Made by a program: the position numbers and the translations under genes. 64,000 nt of DNA from Candidatus Latescibacterota bacterium. Its GTDB lineage: Bacteria; Latescibacterota; UBA2968. The notes below the pieces were generated by a model. The model had not been told where the DNA came from. It did not search any database and saw only the letters and a program-made list of their open reading frames with translations. Shown here piece by piece: positions 7,182-17,146 of the stretch. Each line of letters opens with the position of its first letter. Position 1 is the first letter of the stretch. The stretch is from NCBI GenBank assembly GCA_965207885.1, contig OZ242311.1, positions 2,368,001 to 2,432,000 on the forward strand, given 5' to 3'.

Positions 7182-7949
7182 CTATTCGTTTTCAACGATG
7201 CGAATAAATTCGTCTTCCAGCGTGGGGGTTTGCATCTGGTTTTGAAAGTCTTCTAAGGTGCCGTTAAACTGCAATTGGCCTTTGTGAATGATGGCGAGGT
7301 CGTCGCTGAGCAGGCTGACTTCACCCATGCGGTGCGTGGAAAAGATGACGGTTTTTCCCGCGTCCCGGCAGTCGCGGATGAGGTGTACGATATTGCGCGA
7401 GGTGACGACATCGAGACCGTCGGTGGGTTCGTCGAATACAATGACATCGGGGTCGTGTATGATCGTGCGTACAATGGAGACTTTTTGTTTCATGCCCGTG
7501 GAGAGTTTGCCAATGCGGCGGTTTGCAAAGGCTTCCATGTCGAGGAGGGCAAAGAGGTGGTCGCGCCGCGTGTTGTAATCGGCGCTGTTCATGCCGTGCA
7601 GGTCGGCAAAGTAGCGCACCATTTCATTGGGTGTCAGGCGATCGTACAAGCCCGTGTTGCCGGTGAGAAAGCCGAGGTTTTCGCGTACGGCTTGACTTTG
7701 TGTTACAGTGTCGTATTCCGCGACAGATATGCTGCCCGAAGTGGGTTTAAGCATGGTGGCAATCATGCGCAATGCGGTGGTTTTTCCCGCGCCATTGGGA
7801 CCCAATAGCGCGAAGACGCGACCCGGCTGACAGGTAAAGCTGATGTCGCACACCGCGTCAATAGTGTTGCCCTGAAAACCATCTCCCATTTCGCGCTTTT
7901 GCTGCCGCGACAATTTGAAGGTTTTGACAATATTTTTTGCGATAACCAT
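7182..7949 (-). CDS. natA: ABC transporter ATP-binding protein, NatA-like
   Basis: GPNGAGKTT, LSTGMKQK, VFDEPT. Confidence 0.85.
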   Translation of the reverse strand: MVIAKNIVKTFKLSRQQKREMGDGFQGNTIDAVCDISFTCQPGRVFALLGPNGAGKTTALRMIATMLKPTSGSISVAEYDTVTQSQAVRENLGFLTGNTGLYDRLTPNEMVRYFADLHGMNSADYNTRRDHLFALLDMEAFANRRIGKLSTGMKQKVSIVRTIIHDPDVIVFDEPTDGLDVVTSRNIVHLIRDCRDAGKTVIFSTHRMGEVSLLSDDLAIIHKGQLQFNGTLEDFQNQMQTPTLEDEFIRIVENE

Positions 7950-8179
7950 AATGCACTCCGCGATTGCGGGTTGAATAGCGTATAGTCAGAAATCTCCCAT
8001 TACTTTTTTATATTAGTGATAGAGTTACCCAATTTTGTTTCAAAATGCAAGAGGACATTTTTTAGAAGGATAAAAATTTTACATATCGCTTAAGGCAGAG
8101 GGGCTGAGGGAGTATTTGACTTTGCTCTTCAGACTTTGCACCTTGCACTCGACTTTTTACGCGATTCCAAGGAAAAGAT

Positions 8180-9400
8180 ATGGACCAACGCGTTCTAAAC
8201 AGCCCTGTTGAGGTTGCAGATCGCATTGAGAGTCTGGATGTGTTGCGCGGCTTTGCCGTGCTTGGCATTCTGGTCATGAATATCCAGTCATTTGCAATGC
8301 CTGGGGCGGCGTACCTGAATCCGACGGCTTACGGCGATCTCAATGGTATCAACTTTTTTACCTGGCTGGTTAGCTACCTGCTCGTTGATCAGAAGTTTAT
8401 GTCAATCTTTTCAATGCTCTTTGGCGCTGGGATCTGCCTATTTGCCGATCGCGCCGAGGCTCGCAGTGGTCGCTCCGCTGGCTTGCACTACCGCCGCACA
8501 TTTTATCTGCTCGTCTTCGGCCTTGTGCATGCCTATTTTTTGTGGTCGGGCGATATATTGGTTGCCTACGCGCTTTGCGGCTCCGTCATCTTTCTTTTTA
8601 AAAATCGTTCGCCGCGCCTGCTGGTGGTCATCGGCCTCGTTGTTTTTGCAGTGGCGAGTGTGCTGTCCATCGGAATAGGTCTGACAACAGAGTTTATTCC
8701 CGAAAAAGATGTGGCGGATATCACCGCGACGTGGGCACCGGATGCGGTCAAAATTGATGCGGAGTTGCTCGCTTATTGCAGCGGATGGTTCACACTGCAG
8801 GCACAACGAACCAGCGATACACTGGGAATGCACACGACGGTCCTGCCAATTGAAGTGTTTTGGCAATCCGCAGGTATCATGCTGTTGGGCATGGCCCTCT
8901 ACCGCTGGCACATCCTGAGCGCGGCCCGCAATGACCAATTCTACTGCTGCCTCGCGCTCATCGGGTTCGGTGTGGGCGTGCCGATTGTTGCTGCTGGAGC
9001 CTGGTGGAATTTTGCGGCCGGATGGAACTGGGAGCGTTCGATGTTCCTTGGGTCGCAGTTCAACTACTGGGGTAGCCTCTCTATGGCATTTGGATACGTG
9101 GGCATTGTGATGTTGGCGGTTCGGCGCGAATGGTTCTCCGCGTTACAGATGCGCCTGGCAGCAGCCGGGCGAATGGCGTTTACCGATTACATCGCTCAGA
9201 CGCTGATTTGTACGACTATTTTTTATGGGCATGGATTTGGGCTTTTCGGGCGGGTTGACCGCTGGCAACAGGCCATAGTCGTCATCGCTGTATGGGGCCT
9301 CCAACTCTGGTGGTCGCCGTTGCTGATGAGACGCTTTCGATATGGTCCGTTGGAATGGAGTTGGCGGGCACTGACCTACTGGCGGATCCCAGGACAATAG
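8180..9400 (+). CDS. DUF418 (YeiB-like) membrane protein
   Basis: RIESLDVLRGFAVLGIL, GRMAFTDY, GPLEWSWR. Confidence 0.9.
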   Translation: MDQRVLNSPVEVADRIESLDVLRGFAVLGILVMNIQSFAMPGAAYLNPTAYGDLNGINFFTWLVSYLLVDQKFMSIFSMLFGAGICLFADRAEARSGRSAGLHYRRTFYLLVFGLVHAYFLWSGDILVAYALCGSVIFLFKNRSPRLLVVIGLVVFAVASVLSIGIGLTTEFIPEKDVADITATWAPDAVKIDAELLAYCSGWFTLQAQRTSDTLGMHTTVLPIEVFWQSAGIMLLGMALYRWHILSAARNDQFYCCLALIGFGVGVPIVAAGAWWNFAAGWNWERSMFLGSQFNYWGSLSMAFGYVGIVMLAVRREWFSALQMRLAAAGRMAFTDYIAQTLICTTIFYGHGFGLFGRVDRWQQAIVVIAVWGLQLWWSPLLMRRFRYGPLEWSWRALTYWRIPGQ

Positions 9401-9436
9401 CGCGAATTTTGCTTCACACGATTCAAAGGAGAAGAT

Positions 9437-10678
9437 ATGGATAAACTCAAACTCGCTCTAATTGGTTGTGGCGGTATGGGGACGCGCCATTTGTATGGGT
9501 TGCGCGAACTGGCGAAGACGCCGTTTAATAATATTGAATTGTGCGCTTTGTGCGATCTCAATCGGGATAACGCAGAATTGGCCGCGCGAGAGGCCGAGCA
9601 GTTGCTCGGTTCAAGACCTCCCGTATTTACATCCATAGAAGAGATGGCGCAAGCGATTCCCGATTTGATGGCTGTCGATGTGGTCACCGATCCGTCGGTG
9701 CATCACACGGTGGTGTGTGAGGCTCTGGACCTGGGATTGCACGTGCTGGTTGAAAAACCTATGGCGATTTCTGTCAAAGCATGCCATGCTATGAATGAGG
9801 CGGCGGAGCGCAACGGGCGAAAACTGTCGGTTGCTGAAAATTATCGGCGCGATCCTTCGGCAAGGCTGACGCGCCATTTGTTGGATACCGGGCGGATCGG
9901 AACGCCTTATATGGCGACGCTCCACGCCTTGCGCGGCGGCAATGAAATTTTTATTACGCCCTGGCGGCATTTGAAAGACCGCGGGGGACCGTTGATTGAT
10001 ATGGGAGTGCATTATGCGGATCTGATTCGGTATCAACTCGGCGATGTGGTCGAGGTGTATGGCGATACGCGTCTGGTGGAGCCGGTGCGAAAAAAACAAC
10101 AGTCCATTGGCGATCGGTATGAATTTTATCAGCAGCGTTTTCGCGCGATGCCCAACGAAGTTCCCGCTACGGCAGAAGATACGGCGATGGCGATGATGAA
10201 GATGGAAAGCGGCGTGATGGTGAGTTTTATTGTGGGCATTGGGGGGCACGGCGCATGCCGCAGTCAGTTGATTTTGGGCGATAAAGGGTGTTTGCAGAGC
10301 TATGGCAGCCGCGGGAGTCAGGCGATATGGCAATCGGCAGATGGGGAGGTGAGAGATCAGAATGCGATTCTGAGTGCTGTTGACGATTTTGAATTGCATC
10401 CTCTCTTAGGTCATTTTTTTCCCACCAAAAACAGCGTGGGCGATCAGGCAGTGGATTGGAAATTGATCGCTTATGAACAATACGAACTCGCCTGTGCTGT
10501 CCTGAATGATGACCCGATTGAGGTCGATGGCCTTGAGGGAATGAAGGATGTTGCGGCAATTTATGCGATTTGCGAGTCTGCTCGCGCAGGTCGCACTGTG
10601 ACGGCCGCAGAGATCGAAAGCGGCGAGTTGTATGAATATCAAGCAGAGATCGATGCGGCGTTGAACATCAACACTTAA
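9437..10678 (+). CDS. Gfo/Idh/MocA oxidoreductase
   Basis: IGCGGMG, EKP, GGPLIDMGVH. Confidence 0.9.
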   Translation: MDKLKLALIGCGGMGTRHLYGLRELAKTPFNNIELCALCDLNRDNAELAAREAEQLLGSRPPVFTSIEEMAQAIPDLMAVDVVTDPSVHHTVVCEALDLGLHVLVEKPMAISVKACHAMNEAAERNGRKLSVAENYRRDPSARLTRHLLDTGRIGTPYMATLHALRGGNEIFITPWRHLKDRGGPLIDMGVHYADLIRYQLGDVVEVYGDTRLVEPVRKKQQSIGDRYEFYQQRFRAMPNEVPATAEDTAMAMMKMESGVMVSFIVGIGGHGACRSQLILGDKGCLQSYGSRGSQAIWQSADGEVRDQNAILSAVDDFELHPLLGHFFPTKNSVGDQAVDWKLIAYEQYELACAVLNDDPIEVDGLEGMKDVAAIYAICESARAGRTVTAAEIESGELYEYQAEIDAALNINT

Positions 10679-10694
10679 AATGGAGGAAAGACAG

Positions 10695-11057
10695 ATGGTG
10701 ATTCGCAATTGGCAAGATGCCACGCCCACAGTGGGCCATGAAACGGCGTTGATCTGGTCGATTTTCAGGCAGAAGGGGTCTGCTGGTTTGAGCGAGGAAG
10801 AAGCACCGATGTTGGCAGCATCGGGATTTACCCTGCACATGATGCAGAGCCGCAAGGCGGGCGATTACCACATGCACGATGACAAAGAACAGATTTATTA
10901 TTTTACGCGCGGCCATGGCAAGATGAAGATCGATGACGAGATTTATCCCGTGGAGCCGGGCGATGCCGTACATTTACCGCCTTATACGTATCACCAGTTG
11001 ATCAATGACAGCGACGATTGGATTGAACACATCCTGGTGACTGTGCCGGTGGGTTAA
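10695..11057 (+). CDS. cupin domain protein
   Basis: HMHDDKEQIYY...PGDAVHLPPYTYH; start chosen from SD GGAGG. Confidence 0.85.
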   Translation: MVIRNWQDATPTVGHETALIWSIFRQKGSAGLSEEEAPMLAASGFTLHMMQSRKAGDYHMHDDKEQIYYFTRGHGKMKIDDEIYPVEPGDAVHLPPYTYHQLINDSDDWIEHILVTVPVG

Positions 11058-12076
11058 GGGTACAGGACGTATTTTAATCCCTCCTGTCGCTCTGCGCCAT
11101 CAAATGCTTGTTCCCAATTTTCGAGTGGCAGCCTGTGGGATATGTATGCCGAGGGATCTATTGTTTTGGCGATGACCATTTCGAGGGCGCGTTGCCAGCT
11201 GGGCCAGTTCTGGGCAATAGAACTGTTTATGGAGAGCTGTTTGTAGATGATTTTGCCCCAATTCACTTCAACGGGGTGTTCGACCAGTGCCACCTGTGTG
11301 AATGTGCCGAGGGGACGCACGGCGTCGAGGCATTGATCGATGGAGGCAGCAGCACCAGCACATTCGATGACAATATCGGCACCGTCGCTGTTGAGCGAGC
11401 GGATATATTCGGATATATTTTCGCGCGTGACATCCACGGTGTGTTCTGCGCTTTTGGCCATAGCGAGGCGATGGGCGTCGCGGTCTGTTCCGCAGACAAT
11501 AACGCGCCCGCCTGCGAGTCTGGCGAGGTCGGCACACATCAGGCCAATGGGACCGGGACCAGAAACGAGTACCAGGTCGCCGGGTACGATTTTTGTGTGA
11601 AAAAGAACGGCTTTGATGCAGCAGGCGAGGGGTTCAACAAGCGCGGCGGTGTCATAGGAGACGGATTCGGGAAGCGGGAAGGCGAGGTTTTGGGGAATGA
11701 CGCAGTATTCGGCAAATCCGCCGTCGCGCATGCTGCCAACAGATTTGCGCTGGGGGCAAAAGAAAAATTCGCTTGCTCGACAATAGCGACAGTGCCCACA
11801 CGCGCCACTGGCTGTGGGAAGGACCGTGACGTGGTCGCCTGTTTTGATGCGGGTGACATTGGCGCCGACTTTGACGACTTCACCTGAAAGTTCATGGCAA
11901 AGCGTGACAGGTGGGCGAGAGCCATAACCGCCGTGGCGAATGTGGAGATCGGTGCCGCAGAGTCCGCCGCGCTGAACGGCGATTTTAATGTCGTCGGGAT
12001 GTTCGATATCCGGTTCTGGTATGTCGCATAAGGCGATGTGTCCAGGACCGGGTTTTAGTTTGCGTACAGCGCGCAT
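11054..12076 (-). CDS. Zn-dependent alcohol/polyol dehydrogenase (MDR family)
   Basis: CGTDLH, CHE (GHE variant), CGHCRYC...C, GPGPIG. Confidence 0.9.
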   Translation of the reverse strand: MRAVRKLKPGPGHIALCDIPEPDIEHPDDIKIAVQRGGLCGTDLHIRHGGYGSRPPVTLCHELSGEVVKVGANVTRIKTGDHVTVLPTASGACGHCRYCRASEFFFCPQRKSVGSMRDGGFAEYCVIPQNLAFPLPESVSYDTAALVEPLACCIKAVLFHTKIVPGDLVLVSGPGPIGLMCADLARLAGGRVIVCGTDRDAHRLAMAKSAEHTVDVTRENISEYIRSLNSDGADIVIECAGAAASIDQCLDAVRPLGTFTQVALVEHPVEVNWGKIIYKQLSINSSIAQNWPSWQRALEMVIAKTIDPSAYISHRLPLENWEQAFDGAERQEGLKYVLYP

Positions 12077-12202
12077 GGTATTTGGTCAGTTCAAAGGATA
12101 TGTATTTGGGGCGTTTACTTTGCTATTATGCACAATCTTTACATGGTAGGCAATCACTGTTTGTGTGGAGGAGACATCGGATGCGGTGCCAGGGCGACTT
12201 CT

Positions 12203-14125
12203 CTATACCCGATCCACCCAGATCGGAGACGACCAGCCCATCTCGCCATCGGTCTGGATTACGCGGATGTAGTAATGGGTATTCGCCTCAAGCACCGTGG
12301 TGTCCCGCCACTGCAAACGATAGATATCCTGTCTATCCCGGTGGGGAGGCGTTCCAGTCTCAACGACCTTTCCGTTCTGCACGACCTCAACGCGATCGAT
12401 CGCGTCTGTACCCCGGATGTAGGCATAGATCTCTCTCGACACCTCCTCATTGACCTGCAGAATGCTCCCCATAGGCTGATCGTTGATCGTAAAATCCAGG
12501 ATAATGCGAGCGCCCGTAGTGCCGTAACAGCGACGGCTTTTGAGCGCATCGAAGAGCGCCTCCCGTGTCAGCTCTGGCGCCCAGACCGCTGCAAGTCCTC
12601 CTGGAAAAGGCGTATGGGCCTGTCGGTCGTGCTGATAGCTCCGTCCCGGCATGCCCACATGGTTGTCGCTGCTGGCGATCATACCCAGTCGGTAACCCCG
12701 TCTCAGTGCTTCCCATGCCCCAGCCCCCGGCGTCACCCCCTTGTCCCACCGGTCCATTGAGGGATTTTCAGATTGTCCCCAGCACGAATAGATCTCCATT
12801 AAAGGTTCCAGGTCCGGATCGTGAAGTGACCAATCTGTCCACGTCTTGACGTGATGCGGGATCAACATCACATCCCTGCGTCCTCGATAGTACTCGTACA
12901 GAAAATCGGGCATATAGCTGAACGTCCCGGCATCCTGAGGCGGCTCAACCGCAACGTCCCGAAAATACACATTCCGATGGCCCACTGGAGAGCCAGCCTC
13001 ATAGGACTTGAACGTTACAAATTCTCCCGGTCGATAATACTCAATGGCCTTCTGCTGGAGAAGCTCCCAGCCCACGCCTGTAATCGCGCCCTGATCAGTA
13101 ATGGACACAAAATCGAGCAGCGATACATCCCGGGCGTACTGATACACATCGTCCGGCGTGCCGCAGGAAATGCCCTTGGACCAGCCCGGTTGGCGGGCGT
13201 CCTTTTTTTGCGAGTGCATCACGTGATATTCACTCTGGGCGTGCAGGTCCCCCCAGAAAAGCTGCAAATTGTCCTCATCCGAGTGAATGCACGGATTGGA
13301 AGTCCCCCAGATCTGTTCTCCCCCCGAATCGGTCAGCGTCACCCTCTCAAAAATGGCTCCCGAATTTTCCAGTTCCACTTTAACCGGCTGCAATCCGGAA
13401 AATCGGACATTGCCCACCCGGCGCCAGTGCTCGTCGCGCAGGATCAGGGACCTGGGCAGATCGCCGTTCGGACGGCAGTGACAGGCATCTGTCAGAGCAA
13501 TCCGCACCGGGGGTACGGGTCCCGTAATCAAAGACGGGACTACTACATTGGCCCGTGCAGGAGCGCCTGACACCACGTCCAGTTCAACCGGCGCGCCTTT
13601 GGGGCGCATCCAATTCCCATCGCCCGAGTCCACATATACCGAAATCGTCAGTTCGTCTTCCGGAAAGGTCTGAACCCTTACACCGCGTCTCACAAACCGA
13701 GGGTCACCGTAAGTCAACACTATCTGGTCTCCTCCGGCCAGAGGCCCATCCTCTACCGTCGCCGTGATCCACCATCGCCAATAAGCCTCTGCAGGGTCTT
13801 CATCGGGAATCAGCATGCGCTCCATCGTCTCGAGGTGCAGCACAGCGTCTCCCTGGGTGACTATCTCTGCTGTCGTGTTGACCGCATAAAAGGGTGCGTA
13901 CTTTCGATCTTTTCCCCGCACCAGTTCGTCCCAGTATCGGAGTTGGGGCACCACGACAGGCTCCCACCCGGTATTGGGCATCCCAACACGCAACCGCGCA
14001 CCTTCAGCCAGGCCGTCCTCGCCTGTTGTAAACGTTAACGTCAAGGTCACATATGAGCCGGTGACAAAGGGACCCTCTGGTGAAAGCGTCACCTGACCAG
14101 TTGCGTCGTCCTGAGAAAAAATCAT
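12203..14125 (-). CDS. DUF3604/PHP-like metallohydrolase
   Basis: FWGDLHAQS, SITD, IPHH, SSDNH, RRCYGTTG, GWSSPIW; start moved to ATG 14125 by SD. Confidence 0.75.
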   Translation of the reverse strand: MIFSQDDATGQVTLSPEGPFVTGSYVTLTLTFTTGEDGLAEGARLRVGMPNTGWEPVVVPQLRYWDELVRGKDRKYAPFYAVNTTAEIVTQGDAVLHLETMERMLIPDEDPAEAYWRWWITATVEDGPLAGGDQIVLTYGDPRFVRRGVRVQTFPEDELTISVYVDSGDGNWMRPKGAPVELDVVSGAPARANVVVPSLITGPVPPVRIALTDACHCRPNGDLPRSLILRDEHWRRVGNVRFSGLQPVKVELENSGAIFERVTLTDSGGEQIWGTSNPCIHSDEDNLQLFWGDLHAQSEYHVMHSQKKDARQPGWSKGISCGTPDDVYQYARDVSLLDFVSITDQGAITGVGWELLQQKAIEYYRPGEFVTFKSYEAGSPVGHRNVYFRDVAVEPPQDAGTFSYMPDFLYEYYRGRRDVMLIPHHVKTWTDWSLHDPDLEPLMEIYSCWGQSENPSMDRWDKGVTPGAGAWEALRRGYRLGMIASSDNHVGMPGRSYQHDRQAHTPFPGGLAAVWAPELTREALFDALKSRRCYGTTGARIILDFTINDQPMGSILQVNEEVSREIYAYIRGTDAIDRVEVVQNGKVVETGTPPHRDRQDIYRLQWRDTTVLEANTHYYIRVIQTDGEMGWSSPIWVDRV

Positions 14126-14193
14126 ACCCGCCACCTCGTTTAAGTCCGGCTATTGATCGCTCATTGATTGACGATCTCAACGGATATTACCTG

Positions 14194-15360
14194 TCACGGA
14201 TAAACCACATATTGAGATAGGGCATCTTCGTCCATCTCAATTCCCAGCCCCGACCCCTCAGGCAGGCGGAAATGGCCCTCCTCACACACGATGGGTCGTT
14301 TCAAAAACTGGTTGGAAAGACCGAGCATCAGCGGTTGATACTCCTGGAAAATCAAATTCGGAATGGCCAATGCCACATGGATTGAAGCCGCGATACTGGG
14401 CGGCAGACAGATCCCTGCATGCAGCGCAATGGGGATATTGAATGTTTCGGCCAGATCGGCAATTTTCCTGGTTTCCGTAATTCCGCAACGCCCCACATCG
14501 GGCTGTGCGATATCCAGCCCCCGCGCCTGAAACCAGTTGAGAAATTGGTACCGCGTTGTCTCGGTCTCTCCGGCCGCAACGAACATATCCAGTTCCCGGG
14601 CAATCTCCGCGTGGCCCTCGATATCTTCCGGGCTGGTCGGCGTTTCAAACCAGAACACCCCCAGGCGCTCCAGGTACCGTCCCAATTGCAGGGCCGTCGG
14701 TGTGTCATAATTCCACAGTGCATCCACCATCAGTCGGACATTTGGCCCCACAGCATCTCGAATTCCCTCGACGTGTTTTAAATCTCTTTCAATTCCGAAG
14801 CCCAAAAACATCTTGAGCGCCCGGAAACCCTCCGATATATGCCCGCGTGCCGTCTCTGCCATTTCCTCAATTGAGTTTCCCCGCACCCCCGAAACATAAA
14901 CCGGTACTCGATCCCGAAAAGCCCCGCCGAGAAGTTCTACTACCGGCGCACCCAGCTTCTGCCCCTGGATATCCCACAGGGCGGAATCTACTGCCGCAAG
15001 GCCGTGTACCATAAACCCGGAGTAGTGTCCCCGCAGGTTCATCGCGTGATACATCTCGTGTTTCAATACTCCCCACTCGGCCGGGTCTCTTCCGATCAGA
15101 ATCGGCCTTAGCACCTTGTCGATTACCATCGCCGTCACCTCCGGGCCGATTGGTGCCTGTCCCTCTCCCCACCCCACAATGCCACTGTCGGTCTCCACTT
15201 TGACCAGCGTCGTCTCGGTCTGGCGGGAATAGAGTCCGCGCCATCCCGGCTGCACATCGTAGGTCCGCTCCTTCGTCCGCTCTTCTTCCACTCCCTTTCC
15301 GCCAAAGGTATCTTCCCGGGGAATTTTAATCGCCATCGGCTTGATATCGGTAATTTTCAT
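14194..15360 (-). CDS. mandelate racemase/enolase superfamily, probable acid-sugar dehydratase
   Basis: GIVGWGE, ALWDIQG, MVDA/WFETP/AGE metal ligands, QPD, LH. Confidence 0.9.
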   Translation of the reverse strand: MKITDIKPMAIKIPREDTFGGKGVEEERTKERTYDVQPGWRGLYSRQTETTLVKVETDSGIVGWGEGQAPIGPEVTAMVIDKVLRPILIGRDPAEWGVLKHEMYHAMNLRGHYSGFMVHGLAAVDSALWDIQGQKLGAPVVELLGGAFRDRVPVYVSGVRGNSIEEMAETARGHISEGFRALKMFLGFGIERDLKHVEGIRDAVGPNVRLMVDALWNYDTPTALQLGRYLERLGVFWFETPTSPEDIEGHAEIARELDMFVAAGETETTRYQFLNWFQARGLDIAQPDVGRCGITETRKIADLAETFNIPIALHAGICLPPSIAASIHVALAIPNLIFQEYQPLMLGLSNQFLKRPIVCEEGHFRLPEGSGLGIEMDEDALSQYVVYP

Positions 15361-15371
15361 CTTTTTATCCC

Positions 15372-17090
15372 TTATGGGTCCGTCTGTTCAGTCACAGTCC
15401 AAACCTGGTTGACGGGTATATTTTTCAGTACCTGTACCGTTCCGCTGGGCCACCGAATCATCAGGGTATCCACTGTTGAACGACTGCCTATCCCGAAGTG
15501 AACCCGGAGATCGTTCTGAGAGAGATAGCTTGATCCGCTCCGCACCTCCTTCACCTGCCTCAACCTCCCGGAGACCACCCTTACTTTGGCGCCGATTCCA
15601 TCCCGGTTGCTCACCGTCCCCACAGTTCGGACTGTCAGATAGTTGTTCTGATTTCCCCCGTCGTTGCGCAGCAGGTCCGCCCGCTCGTTGGAGTTGAGGA
15701 CAAACAGATCGACATCCCCGTCGTTGTCATAATCCCCAAACGCCGTTCCACGACTGGCTTTCACAAGGCGCATCCCATCTCCGGACTTCAGGGAAGTGTC
15801 GGCGAACGTCCCATCCCCGTTATTGTGAAAAAGGAGATTGCGCTGTGGATAAGAGGTTGATCCGTCCAGCTTTTCGATGTTGTCCTGCACGTGACCGTTG
15901 GCCGCGAAAAGGTCGCTGTACCCGTCGTTGTTATAGTCGAAAAAACCGACCCCCCATCCGAGGTAAGGTCGGGTGACTCTGCCCGTACCGGAGGCAAACG
16001 ACACATCGGTGAATGTCCCATCCCCGTTGTTGCGGTAGAGGGTATAAGTCTCATGCTGGAAATTGGTCACAATCAGATCCATCCACCCGTCGTTGTCGTA
16101 ATCGCCAGCATCCACGCCCATGCCTCCCTCCTCCTGGCCGTTCTCGTTGTAACCGACCCCGGAGATCAATCCCACATCGGTGAATGTCCCGTCTCCATTG
16201 TTCCGATAGAGGAAATTCCCAACCATATCGTTAGCCACATACAGATCGGGATCTCCATCGTCGTCGTAGTCTGTGACGACTACGCCCAGGCTTTTCCCTT
16301 CGGTATTGGCTACACCGGCTGCATCGGCTACATCGGTGAATGTCCCATCCCCGTTGTTTCGATAGAGTCGGTCGGGCGCACCATTGAAGTTGTGCGGATG
16401 GGGATATGTCTTCAGATCCGAGGCACCGGTGCCCTGATAATCGACGATATAGGGGATCAGATCAATTCGCGGATCGTCCAGAGAGTAATCGAGGTAGTTG
16501 GCCACGTAGAGGTCCAGATTCCCGTCGTTATCGTAGTCCAGAAACGAGCACCCCGATCCCCAGTGGCTGTCGCCCACGGCGGCGGCGTCCGTCACGTCGG
16601 TGAACGTCCCATCCCCGTTGTTTCGATAGAGGATGTTGGAACCGTAGTTGGTGACATAGAGGTCCAGGTCCCCGTCGTTGTCATAGTCGCCGGTAGCACA
16701 TCCCGTTCCGTATCCCGTGTCGCCCACGGCGGCGGCGTCCGTCACATCGGTGAATGTTCCATCTCCATTGTTCCGATAAAGCCTGTTCGTCGGCGTCTCA
16801 TTTCCTACAAACTCCGGAAGTGGGGCACCATTGACAGCATACAGGTCCAGGTCGCCATCGCCATCGCAGTCAAAAAAAGCGCAGCCTGCCCCCATCGTCT
16901 CTACAAAGTACTTTTGCCCACTCCCTCCGTGGACGTGGTAGAATTCGACCCCCGCCTGAACCGTGATATCTACAAATAGAACGCCCTGTGCATCGCCTGG
17001 ATCCCGTTTTGGACCACAGGTCAGGCCAAATAACGCGACGAGAACCATGAAACGGGTTGTCCACACTCGCGCAGAGTGAAACCAGAACAT
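15372..17090 (-). CDS. CRTAC1-like FG-GAP repeat protein with ASPIC/UnbV domain
   Basis: Repeated DYDNDGDLDLYV / LYRNNGDGTFTDV; SNRDGIGA...HFGIG...IRWPSG. Confidence 0.9.
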   Translation of the reverse strand: MFWFHSARVWTTRFMVLVALFGLTCGPKRDPGDAQGVLFVDITVQAGVEFYHVHGGSGQKYFVETMGAGCAFFDCDGDGDLDLYAVNGAPLPEFVGNETPTNRLYRNNGDGTFTDVTDAAAVGDTGYGTGCATGDYDNDGDLDLYVTNYGSNILYRNNGDGTFTDVTDAAAVGDSHWGSGCSFLDYDNDGNLDLYVANYLDYSLDDPRIDLIPYIVDYQGTGASDLKTYPHPHNFNGAPDRLYRNNGDGTFTDVADAAGVANTEGKSLGVVVTDYDDDGDPDLYVANDMVGNFLYRNNGDGTFTDVGLISGVGYNENGQEEGGMGVDAGDYDNDGWMDLIVTNFQHETYTLYRNNGDGTFTDVSFASGTGRVTRPYLGWGVGFFDYNNDGYSDLFAANGHVQDNIEKLDGSTSYPQRNLLFHNNGDGTFADTSLKSGDGMRLVKASRGTAFGDYDNDGDVDLFVLNSNERADLLRNDGGNQNNYLTVRTVGTVSNRDGIGAKVRVVSGRLRQVKEVRSGSSYLSQNDLRVHFGIGSRSTVDTLMIRWPSGTVQVLKNIPVNQVWTVTEQTDP

Positions 17091-17146
17091 CCTGAACGAT
17101 CCTTTCTATCCACCTTGCAGGTCCCAACACATCTGTAACGCCACCT

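Noticed and set aside
8118-8156. Weak heptamer periodicity (GACTTTG...)
   Set aside because: Too short and degenerate to call a repeat.
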